A DNA stretch of 64,000 nt, taken from NCBI GenBank assembly GCA_963693365.1, contig CAVNZM010000016.1:5138543-5202542 (forward strand), read 5' to 3'. A program made the position numbers and the translations under genes. The notes beneath the pieces were generated by a model. That model searched no databases. It was not told where the DNA came from and worked only from the letters and a program-made list of their open reading frames with translations. The DNA comes from Amoebidium appalachense (taxonomy: Eukaryota > Protista > Ichthyosporea). This document shows, piece by piece, positions 1 through 45,392 of the stretch. Numbering within the stretch: the first letter of the stretch is position 1; each line of letters begins with the position of its first letter.

Positions 1-171
1 AAAAGAGATTTTACGGTCTGCAACAATGCACGTGTGTGAACGTGTGTAACTTTGTAAGGCGCCTATGATACAAGATACCGGATCTAGATCTATGTATACA
101 TGTGTATTCTGCAGCTGGCACGGTTGAGGTGCATATATGCGCACAGCTGCTAGTAGGCAGAGCCACCATGT

Positions 172-219
<48 letters not shown>

Positions 220-835
220 CCACCCCGCCGCGCCCCCCCCGTTTCACACACACACAGAGAGAGAGAGACGCGCGCGCACGCACACGCACGCACCTGCATA
301 GCGTGACACAAACGCACACACGCACACATGCACACACGCACACGCCAACGTGCACACGAACACACACACACACAGATACACACGTGCACACAGACACACA
401 CACACACACACACACACAGTGTCACGTACACGCACACGCACACGCACACGCACACCCACACACACACACTCATGCATACCACCGTCCAGCCCTGTCAGCC
501 CATGACGCTAATTAACCTAAACCCACTATCATCATACGACGAAGGAAGGCAACCAAACACACGGATAACAGTTCATAGAAATTCAGCGTTGTGTTTATTT
601 TATCGGTACTGAAATCTCTGTATAGACCATTTCTAACACGGTCGTACGACGTCGGGTTTGCGAGATCGCCACACAGTTTGGTTTTGGGTTCACATACGTA
701 CAGGGAAGTTTTTAGAAAAAGCTTGGTTACGTGCCATGTCAATATATATATGTAATAGTATTTGCACGATCACACAGCCATTCATTCCATTATTGCAAAA
801 TCACAATGGCATCGCAAATGTCCTGACACCTGCAT

Positions 836-868
<33 letters not shown>

Positions 869-1348
869 AGCCAACCCACACACACACCCGCACATGCACA
901 CAGTCCTAGATTTAGCGGGCACATACGTGCTCTGCAAACACACGCACATACACATGTAAAAGGAAAGGCAGAAGAATTACATACGGGTTTCTGGGCTTTC
1001 TTTCAAATGCCGATACAACCTCCTCTTGACAGGCAATAATACTACATCCATCCCTCTTTTGTGTACCGCACAGGTTAACTTCATTCAAGCATAATTCGAA
1101 ATTCGGAACATTAGATACACCTAGATATACCATTTGATATAGTTGTGCCTCTTGCTCTCCACTGCTCCACACACAGACCCCAAGAACCCAGAAACCCTAG
1201 CCAAGCAAAAACCAATGCAAAGCGGCCCTGAAGGGGCAAAAAAAAAAAAAAAAAAAGTTAAAAAAATACTCTAAGTTGAACCTCACTGGATACTTCGGCA
1301 CAATCCTAAAACAAATGTGAAATTTCATCCTATAAGGAGATTTCGATT

Positions 1349-19273
<17,925 letters not shown>

Positions 19274-19443
19274 TTTTTGTTTGCTAACGAGTTGATTTTG
19301 TGAATGTGAAAGTTGCCACACAGCTCTTCGTACGTATGTATATACAAAGGTCAATCATTGAGTACGTTGGCACTGGGATCGTCGAAACGACGAATTCCCG
19401 TTTACTGAAAATTCGGTGAGCCATCGACGATCGTCGTGTCGAC

Positions 19444-19553
19444 GGGGTTTACACACTTTTTATTGCGTGGACACTGAGGGAGGCCCAGCCACATTCGACG
19501 GCCTACTGCGTTTTCCAGCGCAGCCAATCAAATGTAGCCAGTGACATATGTAC
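19444..19553 (+). repeat. ~110-bp dispersed repeat, copy 1
   Basis: GGGGTTTACACACTTTTTATTGCGTGGACACTG...CAGCCAATCAAATGTAGCCAGTGACATATGTAC, near-identical to 61326-61435. Confidence 0.9.
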
Positions 19554-19919
19554 ATGCAACGAAATGGGGGACGAACGGTGTTCGCACTGAAACGATGAAA
19601 CAACGAAAAACCCAAATATGGCTAATGAATTCATTCGAAGCCTGATGGTAATTAGAGCCAAAACAGTTCGCAAACCAGAGGTCGGATTGAAAATCGACGA
19701 TTAATCCAAAAAGCGTGACTCCCCGCTTACGTAGGGCTCCCTTTCAAAAAAACGGTTTTTTTGAATATCCTTATATGGCTAATCTGATCCGAAGGGCTCC
19801 CTTTAAGGCAGCCTCCGCTTGAGCGTAGCAGATTACAGAATATTACGCCACCAGCAGAGCAACACAAGCATCCGTAAACTGCATAAAACGCATATCAAAC
19901 ACCACAAATGATAAATAGA

Positions 19920-21047
19920 AGTAAAAGGTATAAATATTTCCTATATAGAAAAGGTATAAGTATCATATATTATGTTTCCCCATATGGTTATGTTTCCCCA
20001 TATGGTCGAAAAGAGGGTAGAGTTGGCTCGTAAGCGGTTAGCTTTCTTCTCGGCTAATATTTTTAAAGACACACCCCTCCATCCTTCTATTAGACTTACA
20101 TTTATTCGCACTTTTGTCTTCCCGGCATGTGAATATGGTTTACCCCTTCTCGCCGCTTGGATCAAGAAAGAGAGAACTAGAGCGCTTAAACCCTTGGCAA
20201 ATTTCCTTGAAGCAGAAGTTGCCTCCTTTCTATCTAACAACTGTTGTAAACCTGGGCCTGTAACGCTCTCGATATATGGTCTGGTCCCAATAGCTGCTAG
20301 AGTATCCTATCTCGCGCTGAAATTCAATAAGCACATAAGCCGCTTAAAGAAGTATTTGCCCTCCCACCCTCTCTTCTCTATCCGACCTGTCCCCTCCTCA
20401 CCTCTCCCCCCCCCTCTTTCCTCCCCTCTCTCTCCCCTTCTCCCCTGGGCACAAATACAAATAAACCCCGCAATAGTGTGTGTGTGACTTTGGACTGCCA
20501 CTTACTTATTAAACATGTACACAATCACAAGATAATCACGCAATATAACAAATGGAAAAAGATACCAAACGACACTAGACCCGATGAAAGCATACACCTT
20601 GAAAAACTAAGCCTTATGTCTCGTTTTATATATACTGACCGCCTCAACCATATTGCCAAATATGGCACTCGCAAGTGTATAACACCTAAATACATATTAC
20701 CTTCCTGTAGAACTGGTCTTTCTCTAGCTGATGGTATTATTGATCAATTACCACGCTTTTACTGTACACGTGCTATACAGTGGAGATCTAATAAGTATAA
20801 GGTGGCATCATTTGCATGCCCAAACAACACACACACACACCAGTTTAACCGGTCATGTATCGCCAAATGTAGTTTGATAGACCACATAATACCGCAACAC
20901 ACACACGTCACATTCACAACAGACACCCAGAAAGATAGCCTACCTGTAAATTACAACATCCTTGATTTTATACTAAACACGCGTAACTACGACCTGTTTA
21001 TTAGATGTATTGATTGGCTTGAGAAACACATCACTACAAAATTATAG
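19920..21047 (+). pseudogene. Decayed C-terminal part of a non-LTR retrotransposon RT ORF (thumb region plus Cys-containing C-terminal domain)
   Basis: ORFs 19972-20487 and 20478-21047 are joined by a frameshift. IRLTFIRTFVFPACEYGLPLL resembles the post-RT 'Y/FxxFxxPxxEYG' motif of LINE-like elements; followed by WRSNK..C...FNRSC...C and NILDFILN. (CA)n and an A-run (~21157-21202) lie downstream. No YxDD is visible. Confidence 0.7.
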
Positions 21048-21067
21048 CGCACGCGCACACACACACA

Positions 21068-21120
<53 letters not shown>

Positions 21121-21152
21121 CCAGCTGATACCGAGTGTCCCGAGGGGAGCCC

Positions 21153-21203
<51 letters not shown>

Positions 21204-21626
21204 GGGGAACCCCAACTAATTGATTTCTCCTTGTAGTCTTTATGGTGTCTCGTAGAGAAAGTAAACCCTGATATATAGTCACCACCCGACATCTATGTAC
21301 GTGATCATGATATACCGCTGAGGGGATATTCCGAGCAAAACCCCCCCCCCCCATACCTGAGACTGGTTCTCTTTGCCTCGAGTAAACAGCGTAAACCCCC
21401 ATATATATCTACCACCTACTGAGGCGGTGTCTTCTTTCTTTTTTTTCTTTTTTTGCCGCCTGAGTAGATGTTAAAACGTCGCACGTGCGGCAACACGTCA
21501 GTACGTGTTTGCATATATATGTGTGTATATGTAAATATATGCCGTTATAAGTAGTCCTAAGTCCTAACCGGCGACTGGCGACCGACGATCTGCCCGGTGC
21601 GAACACCCATCGCGATGGATCCGATG

Positions 21627-21687
21627 CAAGGCCTCCTAAATACCACACCTATTTAGGAGGCCTTGGTGTGGTATTTAGGAGGCCTTG
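21627..21687. mobile_element. 61-bp miniature hAT- or P-type element
   Basis: Perfect 23-bp TIRs CAAGGCCTCCTAAATACCACACC, flanked by the 8-bp direct repeat ATCCGATG (21619-21626, 21688-21695). Confidence 0.8.
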
Positions 21688-21922
21688 ATCCGATGTCCGA
21701 ACCGAGGATCGTTGTTTCGACGATCCTAGCGGCGAACGTACCCAAAAATTACAAATCAATTTTATATACACTTGTTGGATAGCTTTATAAGACGAGCATT
21801 ACCGGTCTTTTTTACGAGATATGTTGAGGATAACATTGGAACTCTGATTATTATTTCTGCTCAGCAAGACTCTTGCACCTGCAGCTGGCAGACGAGTGAC
21901 AGGCAACACAAGAAAGAAAAAA

Positions 21923-22088
21923 CAAACAACCTATCTGTTTTTTGTTTTTATTTTTTCTCTACAACAATACTAGATCCCCCGAGTTAGTATTTCTTGAACA
22001 GGCAAACAACCTATTTGTTTTTTGTTTTTATTTGTTCTCTACAACAATACTAGATCCCCTGAGTTAGTATTTCTTGAACAGGCAAACA
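21923..22088 (+). repeat. 80-bp tandem duplication immediately upstream of the HGSNAT-like ATG
   Basis: CAAACAACCTAT..TTTTTTGTTTTTA..ACAACAATACTAGATCCCC.GAGTTAGTATTTCTTGAACAGG occurs twice. Confidence 0.9.
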
Positions 22089-22104
22089 CCTAGAAATCTC
22101 AAAG

Positions 22105-23502
22105 ATGGCTCCGTCAGATGAAACGTCCGCTCTATTGAGACGACCGTCAGACCGACCGTCCCTCTCGAGTAGTGAATCTTTGAGGGTTGTGTCAGTTGAC
22201 CAAGCAAGAGGCCTATCTATGCTTCTAATGATACTTGCAAACTACCAGATATCAGGAAAACACGCATACACTACCCTTAGACATAGCGCGTGGTTCGGTC
22301 TAACGCTAGCAGACACGGTTTTCCCCAGCTTCGTTCTACTCTGTGGTGTCTCTATCCCACTCTCTCTATCGAAGCATCTACAGCGTGCACAAGAGACACA
22401 CCACGAAACTTATGGAGCTCGGCTCTGGGCTTGCAGGTACATCTTCCTCCGAATCATCCGCAGGTCTATTCTACTCTTTCTCTTCGGTCTCTGGGTAAAC
22501 GAATTTCCCTTTACACGCCCCGATTTCTTTACCAATTTCCGAATTATGGGTGTGTTGCAGCGCTTTGCTCTATGCTACTTCTTCAACGCATGTTCCTACG
22601 TCATCATCCCGTGGAGGTGGGTCCGTTTCGTTCTGCCAATCGCCCTCATAGGGATGTGGCTCGTGTTGACATTTGGAATATACGTAAGCTGGTTGGGTTG
22701 CGAAACAAGGGGCTCTTTGGAGATGGCATGCTGCGCTGAGAGCTTTGTGGACGTGTTTATCCTTACCAGACACCACACATACAACCACGCAGTCTACGAT
22801 CCAGAAGGGTTTTTGGGAACAATGACTGCCTCCCTTACCATGTTTTTGGGCATGTGGATAGGTCAAGGATTAGTCTACGAAAAGAACCCCCCCGCCCCAG
22901 ACTTGGGTGACGATGCCGGTGCGGAGCTTTACTCGGTGGATGGGGTTTTTGCGGAGAAATTCAAGGCGAGGGAACGAACTGCGAAGTGGGGTGCGTATGG
23001 GTATTTCTTCCTCGTTGTGGGGTTGATCATGGATGCATGTTGGATTCCAATCGGAAAACCTCTGTGGACACTCTCTTTCGTTTTTGTGTGCGCGGGGATT
23101 ACTGTCGGCACTCTAACCGTTTTTTCGTTGCTGTCTGATGTCTATGAGTTTTCGCTGGGGAATGTTGGGTTTTTGGCTCTGCAGTATACGAGGTCAACAC
23201 AAGAACGCGTTTTGAAAGCTGTTGAATTTTGCCTTACGATAGCGTGCGTGCCCTTGGAGGTGTGTTCCGTGGTTGGTCGTAACCCCCTCCTCATCTACCT
23301 ATTTTCGGAAACATTAGAGCACATTCTTCGCATTTCTCTCACTGATGGAAGGCGGCCATGGGACATCATGGCCGAGCACACGTTTCTGCAGTGGTTTGGG
23401 CATGGGATGAGCAGCCTGATGTGGTCACTGGCATGGGTTGTTTTCGTTTTTGTGCCCACGGCATACTTTTTTGCTTGGAGGGGATGGTTTCTGCGGGTCT
23501 GA
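22105..23502 (+). CDS. HGSNAT: Heparan-alpha-glucosaminide N-acetyltransferase-like membrane acetyltransferase (short HGSNAT/NagX-type), intronless, 465 aa
   Basis: Single ORF with RVVSVDQARG, HSAWFGLTLADTVFPSF, RIMGVLQR, YDPEGFLGT, IPIGKPLWTLSFV and GRNPLLIY motifs and many TM segments. It lacks the N-terminal luminal domain of animal HGSNAT. Confidence 0.88.
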   Translation: MAPSDETSALLRRPSDRPSLSSSESLRVVSVDQARGLSMLLMILANYQISGKHAYTTLRHSAWFGLTLADTVFPSFVLLCGVSIPLSLSKHLQRAQETHHETYGARLWACRYIFLRIIRRSILLFLFGLWVNEFPFTRPDFFTNFRIMGVLQRFALCYFFNACSYVIIPWRWVRFVLPIALIGMWLVLTFGIYVSWLGCETRGSLEMACCAESFVDVFILTRHHTYNHAVYDPEGFLGTMTASLTMFLGMWIGQGLVYEKNPPAPDLGDDAGAELYSVDGVFAEKFKARERTAKWGAYGYFFLVVGLIMDACWIPIGKPLWTLSFVFVCAGITVGTLTVFSLLSDVYEFSLGNVGFLALQYTRSTQERVLKAVEFCLTIACVPLEVCSVVGRNPLLIYLFSETLEHILRISLTDGRRPWDIMAEHTFLQWFGHGMSSLMWSLAWVVFVFVPTAYFFAWRGWFLRV

Positions 23503-23639
23503 ATGTGGGGTGATCACTGAAGAGTGAAGTAAGGATGTTTGTTGAGATGACTTGAGTGTATAGTTCAGTTTTTCCCCAACTCACCTCATTGTTTTCCGAG
23601 CTGTGGTGGTGTGCATGTAGATTTTTTTTTATTTTTTTT

Positions 23640-23690
<51 letters not shown>

Positions 23691-25186
23691 TGGATGACAG
23701 AACCCGTGCAATCTATCTGTTTGGCATAGGCAAAGGCATGTAAATGTTTCATATCATGATCGCAAAGAGCAGTTTTCGTCTTAAAAGCTTGTGTTCGCGT
23801 AAGCATGTATTTAGAATGTGTAGATGTGTACGTCTAAGACTTTGTACTAGGTACGGGACACAATGACCACGATTCCACCAATACTGTTGTTTTATAGACG
23901 AGAGAATTGTGAATGATACCTACAGGCGGCTTACATGTGCACCACATACACACGGGCGCCTGCAAAAAAAAAAAACACCAGCATTCATGATCACACAACA
24001 CTCACATATACTCTAGCGAGTCAAGACAAAAACATGTATATACACATTCGCACACGTACACGCACTCGTGCGTATACATTACCAGACACCAATATTGATA
24101 ATGTCAACAACATCTGGTTTAAATACTGCGGGCCAAATTTAAAGGGGAGGGAAGGGGGGGGGTGGGGGGGGTGGGGATCCTGGATTCAAATCGGATAAGA
24201 ATTATTGATGCTAGTGCTCCGTGGACTGCACTCGATACACGTGTTGGTCAAAGATATCGATCCAGGATCTAATATTAGTCTTGCATTGCGAACAATTGAA
24301 CGTTATTTTTACTGCTATTCAGAGTTCTCAATCTCGTTATCATAAACCCAAAACTTTTAGTAGGAATATGTACATAGGGACTCACATTTATGCTTGTTCT
24401 TTTTGTGCCTATACCCATTAGTTAATATTCAATACAAACCTGTAACCATGAATAGGCCGGTAGTTGTCTTGTCACGTGTGTTATATAGTCTCGGGACATC
24501 GATCATGATCCCCACGGCCCTCCCCCCCCCCCCCCCCCCCCCCCCTCCCCACACACACACACACACCCTGCCCCGTTCTCCCCCGGGCTCTTCACACACA
24601 CACATACCCCCCCCCCCCCCCCCCCCCCCCCCCCACACACACACCCATACCCCCCCCCCCACACACACACACAGACCCACACGCACACGCACATGCAGGG
24701 GAAAAAAACAAAACAAAAAAAAAAACACATCGGCGCACCCACCTTCCTCACACCCAACCTCTCTTTATTTTTGCAGACACCGCCCTTTCAGTGCGACTGT
24801 ACCAACATATGCATGTGCGCATATCCGTTGACCGTGGTCCCTTAATGGCGTGGGTGAGTGGGTACGTGTCTCTGGTGCAGAGCTCGAGTGAGGATCATTG
24901 CACTTATATTGGCCGTTCCTACCGGCCAGTCCGGTGACACGACATGGGCCCCATGTGTGCATGGATATGTACATGTACAGATGTATTACACACCCCTGTG
25001 TTATTGGTCATCTACTACATGGCCATTAGCGCTATAGCTAGAACCTCCCCCCACCCCCCACCCACCCCCCACCCCCAATTTGCCGCCCGAAACAAAACGT
25101 GCATCAATTGAAGTTAAGACTTCATGAGACAAGAGTCACAAGCTTAAGAGAGGCCGTTCATTGGCCGGTAGGTTGTGCCGATAACG

Positions 25187-39906
<14,720 letters not shown>

Positions 39907-40910
39907 TTTCTCGTTGACGATCAAGACCTCTCTAGTCCTTGCAAGCTCTCACTATGACAGAAAGTGTCCGTTACACTACTACAGTATTAGGTGCTAAGAA
40001 GACTTGGTTCGATTCTACGACCCAAGAGAACGACTGAGTTCCTTGCATGTGTGGGTCCCTCCTATCTTCAGTTAGCCTTTTATATCTTTACGACTTAAGT
40101 CTATATTCATATATATATGGTAGCACATAAGGAGTATCATACGTATACAGCCCGACATCATATATATTATAACTTGTCTGACATTTGGGCCTTCCACGGC
40201 CGGCGCGCCACCTTTCCGTTCATTCGGCTATATATGAGTAATTCATGAACGCGTGGTCGTTGCACACGTGGGAGTGGCATGCACGTCACCAGTACCGCTT
40301 GATTCCTGGGCCGCGCACACACACCGCGCGCCGCACCCGCAGGTGCTGCGCACAAAAAACCCCAACAAATTGAAAGATAAATATGTATAGAGGTGAAAAA
40401 TATAATGGGTTGCAGCTACAGCTTTGTCTTAGAGAAAATAAGTGCTTGTCCACATACTTGAAAACTGAACTTGCTAAAAATAGGGACGAAAACCGTTTGA
40501 AATTGCTTGATTATGATTAGAGGAATAACTGCTTGGAATGTCGCGAATCGACCAATCACAATTGTAAATGAACATCACCCTCTACCTGCACTACAATAGG
40601 GTCTTTTTCCCTTCTTCCGAGTTCGTTGTAAATCTTTAGAAGCCGGGTTAAAATTTTGGTTGTAGCAGTCACATATTACATAAGCATGCAAACCATAAAA
40701 AGAGTTATTATAAATCATTTTTATTGGGTGTTTTATGACTTTAAATTTATATTGATCGTACATATGCACAATTCTCATCATCATGTATTTCCTATTTAGA
40801 CTAAGTAGATAATCCTGATATTACGTCTATTGACTATCTATTAAACCACCTGGTTTAGCGAGTCTTCTAGGGTGTATGATTTTCCTTTTGACTGAATTTA
40901 TTCGACGGAA

Positions 40911-41604
40911 CCCTCTACTTTGACGATGGCATCGATGATCAATAAAGTCATAATTAAAAAAAGTCTTCAATGATGATTTTGGTTTTTGAGGACTTTTTGG
41001 GGAGTTTAGGGAAGCTCGATGACGGATAAATTGAATCAACTTCTAATGAGCTAAACCAATCGCAATTCGCCGAATGCATTCCTTTCCCAAGTTACGGCGT
41101 GATATATTTTGAAACACAACCCTCAAAAACGTACGTGTTCGTAACTACACACTTGTACACGAAGGCCATTTCCAGTAGTTTGTAGAAAAAGCGAAAGCTT
41201 TTAACGGAGGAATAGTTTATCATCTCCTCCGTGTCCGAGAGTACGGATTTTTGTGTTTCTCCTTCGCTGAGATATCTGTGATATCCCCAATGCCCCTACT
41301 TTGACGATGGCATCGATGTCCGATGATCAATAAAGTCATTAAATAAAAAAAATCTTCAATGATGATTTTGGTTTTTGAGGACTATTTGGGGAGTTTAGGG
41401 AAGCTCGATGACGGATAAATTGAATCAACTTCTAATGAGCTAAACCAATCGCAATTCGCCGAATGCATTCCTTTCCCAAGTTACGGCATGATATATATTG
41501 AAACACAACCTTCACAAACGTACGTGTTCGTAACTACACACTTGTACACGAAGGCCATTTCCAGTAGTTTGTAGAAAAAGCGAAAGCTTTTAACGGAGGA
41601 ATAG
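40911..41604 (+). repeat. ~305-bp direct duplication upstream of the antiporter ATG
   Basis: 40911-41215 and 41293-41604 are near-identical (CTACTTTGACGATGGCATCGATG ... TTAACGGAGGAATAG). Confidence 0.92.
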
Positions 41605-41653
41605 GGGACCTTAGTGTTGGTGTTAGGGTGGAATCGTTTTCCCATTATCAAAC

Positions 41654-44104
41654 ATGGGACTCAATCACGATGAGATGAGTGTGTTTACGGGGCAGAGCCC
41701 CATCGCTGCCCCCTTCACCATGCTCATTTGCCAAGTGTGCATAGTCATCACGGTTGCGCGTGTGTTCGGGGAGCTAGCAAGGTTTGCCAAGCAGCCTAAA
41801 GTCGTAGGTGAAATTTTCGCCGGTCTTCTCATGGGCCCTTCGCTTCTTGGTAACATCGATTGGTGGAGTAGTACCATATTCCCCGTCAAGTCCTTGGCTA
41901 ACCTTCGCCTGTTCTCCGAATTCGGCCTCGTTTTTTACATGTTCATGGTCGGCTGTGAGATGGACATGACAATGGTGAAGAGCAACTTGAAAAATGCTAC
42001 TCTAATCTCCTCCATTTGCGTTATCATACCCTTTGCCGCCGGTGTCGCTCTGGCACCCCTCTACTGGCATGTTATCGACGATGACCCAACCATGAACGTT
42101 TCGTTTTGGCCGTTTGCAATTTTCACCGGAGTCGCCATGTCCATCACTGCTTTTCCTATTCAGGCGCGCATCATCACCCAGATGGGTATGACCTACGATG
42201 TTGTCGGCGTGACGGTCTTGTCTGCGGCTGCCCTTGACGATGTTGTAGCATGGTGCCTGCTGGCTCTAGTCACTGCCCTCGTCACCGCCAGCAACCCCAT
42301 GACCTTCGTGTGGGTATGTGTTTCCACCACCGGGTTTGTTCTCTTTAGCATTCTTGCAGTTCAGCCGCTCCTCGAGAGGGCTCTCAGGTGGCACTACAGC
42401 CGCGGCGGGAAGCTTTCGCTTAATCTCGTAGCAGCCTCGTGTGTGTTCGCTCTGTTGGGGGCATGGATCACCCGTGCCTTCGGTATCAACGCTATTTTCG
42501 GCGCTTTCATCGCTGGCGCTGCTCTCCCCCGGCACGCCAACTTCTCCTACCAGGTGATGGCAAAGATAGAAGATTTCGTCCTTGCCGTTCTCCTTCCTCT
42601 CTATTTCGCCTTCACCGGTCTTCGCACAAAGGTCAACAGCATCAGCAGCGCCGAATCTGTCGGGTTGATGATCCTCGCCTGTGTTGTTGCCACTCTGTCA
42701 AAGTTTATCCCCGGCGCCGGAATGGCTCGTTTCCTCGGCTTTCCCTGGCGTGAAAGCGTTACTGTTGGTATAATGATGAATTGCAAGGCGCTCATTGAGC
42801 TCATTGCTCTCAATGCCGGTCTGGATGCAGGAGCCATCAACACCGCCTTTTTCACCATGTTTGTGCTCATGGCACTTTGGACCACCGCCATCACCTTCCC
42901 CGTTATTTCCTACACGTACCCTCTCTCCTACCGCCAGGCTCGCGATGCCAAGAACATGACATCAGCGTCGGGCGATGGTAATGTTTCCACCGCCGACGAT
43001 CTTAAGAAATTGAGCGAGAAGGAGTTAAACATCGCCGTGCCCTTCTACTCTAGCGTCGACGTACAACCTGTTGTTGACTTTTTGTCTGCGGCTTACGGAG
43101 GGAGCGAGCAGAAGGGGGCCGTTACAGCTCTCCGTCTTCGCGAGGTAGACGATAGAACAACGGGTTTGGTAAACGCACAACACAATAGCTCAGTGGGTAT
43201 TATCGACGCCGAGTTTGAGCTTTTCTCCTCGAAATGCCAAACGGTAGGGTTGGAGGCACGCCTACACAGCACCCCGTTCACTCACGACGGTGTGGTGGCT
43301 GACGTAGCAACGACTCTAAACAACACCACGCCCGTCCCCGATATGTTCGTTGCTCCATGGAGCGCGCGTTCCAGTGACGTGCAGGTACATAACGCACTGA
43401 CCCCGGACCTCCTCTCCTCTGCCCTAAGCATAATCCCTCAGCGCGTAGGCGTGTTTGTCCCCTCCGCCCACCCGACCGCCGCCGCCGCCCCCAAAACTGG
43501 ACAAATTGTCGTCGTTTCATTCGGCGCCGATTTCGAACGCGACACGGTCGTTCAAGCTTTGCGATTGGCCAACCGCGCCGGAGTAACGTGCCATGTTTTG
43601 GCTTGCACAGACCCAACGTCGGCGAATTCGAACGGGGAGGACCGCCCTCCCTCTCCGAAAACCAAAGACAACCTCCACGAAACGAACCAATCGCACCCGC
43701 ACAGCCTAGACGTCGACTCGCACGAAAACCTACCCACACTCGTTGACACGCAGTTCATGCAAACTGTCGGCGAGCTCGCGGTGAACAGCAACGGGCGTGT
43801 CGTTCTGACAAAGATTGCGGCTTCCTCGCTTCCTGATAAATTACAATCTCTAATCGGAGATGTCGACGTCCCCGTGCGATTGGTTGTTTGCAGTACGTCA
43901 GTGCCTGTGTGGGTGCAAAGAACGATGGAGAGTCACGTGACTGCTGCTACGTCGCAGAGCCACGGTGGTGGGGATCATGGAAACAGGAAGAAGGTTCTAG
44001 GCCACGCTGGCGCGCTCGTGTGCGCGGCTGCACCGTCTGTTCCCTTGCTGTGCGTGAGACATACGCTTACGCAGGCGCGCGCTAATGCTAGCGGTGATGT
44101 GTGA
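41654..44104 (+). CDS. CPA2-family cation(K+/Na+)/H+ antiporter, KHA1/CHX-like, with C-terminal soluble region; intronless, 816 aa
   Basis: QPKVVGEIFAGLLMGPSLLG, AMSITAFPIQARII, SAAALDDVVAWCLL, GINAIFGAFIAG, LPLYFAFTGLRT and MMNCKALIELIALN are typical of the fungal KHA1 / plant CHX Na_H_Exchanger domain. Confidence 0.92.
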   Translation: MGLNHDEMSVFTGQSPIAAPFTMLICQVCIVITVARVFGELARFAKQPKVVGEIFAGLLMGPSLLGNIDWWSSTIFPVKSLANLRLFSEFGLVFYMFMVGCEMDMTMVKSNLKNATLISSICVIIPFAAGVALAPLYWHVIDDDPTMNVSFWPFAIFTGVAMSITAFPIQARIITQMGMTYDVVGVTVLSAAALDDVVAWCLLALVTALVTASNPMTFVWVCVSTTGFVLFSILAVQPLLERALRWHYSRGGKLSLNLVAASCVFALLGAWITRAFGINAIFGAFIAGAALPRHANFSYQVMAKIEDFVLAVLLPLYFAFTGLRTKVNSISSAESVGLMILACVVATLSKFIPGAGMARFLGFPWRESVTVGIMMNCKALIELIALNAGLDAGAINTAFFTMFVLMALWTTAITFPVISYTYPLSYRQARDAKNMTSASGDGNVSTADDLKKLSEKELNIAVPFYSSVDVQPVVDFLSAAYGGSEQKGAVTALRLREVDDRTTGLVNAQHNSSVGIIDAEFELFSSKCQTVGLEARLHSTPFTHDGVVADVATTLNNTTPVPDMFVAPWSARSSDVQVHNALTPDLLSSALSIIPQRVGVFVPSAHPTAAAAPKTGQIVVVSFGADFERDTVVQALRLANRAGVTCHVLACTDPTSANSNGEDRPPSPKTKDNLHETNQSHPHSLDVDSHENLPTLVDTQFMQTVGELAVNSNGRVVLTKIAASSLPDKLQSLIGDVDVPVRLVVCSTSVPVWVQRTMESHVTAATSQSHGGGDHGNRKKVLGHAGALVCAAAPSVPLLCVRHTLTQARANASGDV

Positions 44105-45057
44105 GTGTGGTGTGGTCATTTCATGTTAAAAGTAATAAGACGGTCATTGGTTTGTTATAAATATATATATGTTAGTATACTGGCATTTATGAATTGAAGG
44201 TGATGAGATTTGAATTGGGTCGATTATTGGTCAGTTTATCGTGTGTAGATATAGCGCAAATATGTCCCGGGCAAATATGTCACGGAATGTATTATTTTGT
44301 GCAAGATCCGGGTGCCACAATATAAAATAAGTTTAGTTGTGATAGATGCATCACTGAGCTGCTGCCAGCTGTGCACGGTGTGTGTGTCCTGTTCATGTGC
44401 GCATACAGTTTCTTTCTTTCTTCTTTCTTTCTTTTTTTCCTTTTTCTTTTTTTTTTTTTTTTTTTTTTCCTTTTGTGCGCTGGTGCATGGAGGGAAGGAA
44501 ACTTCGAGGGCCGGGGGGGGGGGGGGGGGGGGGGGGGTTGGAGGGGGGGCATGCAGGGGCAGCATGTTCATGTTTCTCTTGCATGCCTTAGCGAACAATA
44601 TATGGTTCTGAAGAACTTACTCTAGCTGAGGTCCTAGGAAAATCCCCCACATGCTGCACATGATTGCCCGGGGAAGGAGGTGGAAAAGAGCAGGGGTGGC
44701 CGGGGACCGGTGGGCCAGGGGAGGGCGGAGGGGGGTTGGGGGGGGGGGGGGGGGGGGGGGGGGTTCCTTACAGTGTGTTTTCATTCATATTGGGCTGTGT
44801 CGCCTGTATGCGTGATGATGGACATACATGCTTGCTCGAGAGGGAGGGCCGGGTGGGCGGAGCTCGAAGGTGGGGGGGGGGGGGAGGGGGGCGCAGAGGA
44901 ATTTTGCTCCTGTTGCTGCAGTCTAAAAGGGCAGAAGACCCGGTGGGGCAGTACGTTGCAGAGGATGATTGGGTGTAGAAGCTATCTGATGCCAAGGGGG
45001 TAGGGGAAGGTGTGTGCGGGGGAGGGGGGAGGGGGAGCTACGAGTGACTGTGTGTGT

Positions 45058-45088
<31 letters not shown>

Positions 45089-45361
45089 GGGGGGGGGTTG
45101 GATTCATGATGCTGCTATTAGTTAAAACAATATTAGGGATTATCGATAGAGATATGTGGTGTGTAGATTTAGGGAAGGACGTCACCGCGCGGGGCGGCGG
45201 CTGAGGGGGGGGGGAGGGGGGGGGGGGGGGAGGGGGGGGGGGGGGAGGGGGGAGGGGGGGGGGGGGGGGGGGGCGGGCAGGGTGGGGCCTTAGGGGGGGG
45301 ACAACTGGCATGTGGCACATCATGGCACGTACATACTTGCGCATGGCTCCAAAGTGTGTGT

Positions 45362-45392
<31 letters not shown>

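Larger units (their letters stand above)
19362..21741. mobile_element. TIR-bounded composite element / nested TE cluster between divergent INTS11 and HGSNAT-like genes
   Basis: Left end GTACGTTGGCACTGGGATCGTCGAAACGACGA versus reverse complement of right end GTACGTTCGCCGCTAGGATCGTCGAAACAACGA (~28/33 match); TA/GTAC at both outer edges. Confidence 0.62.
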
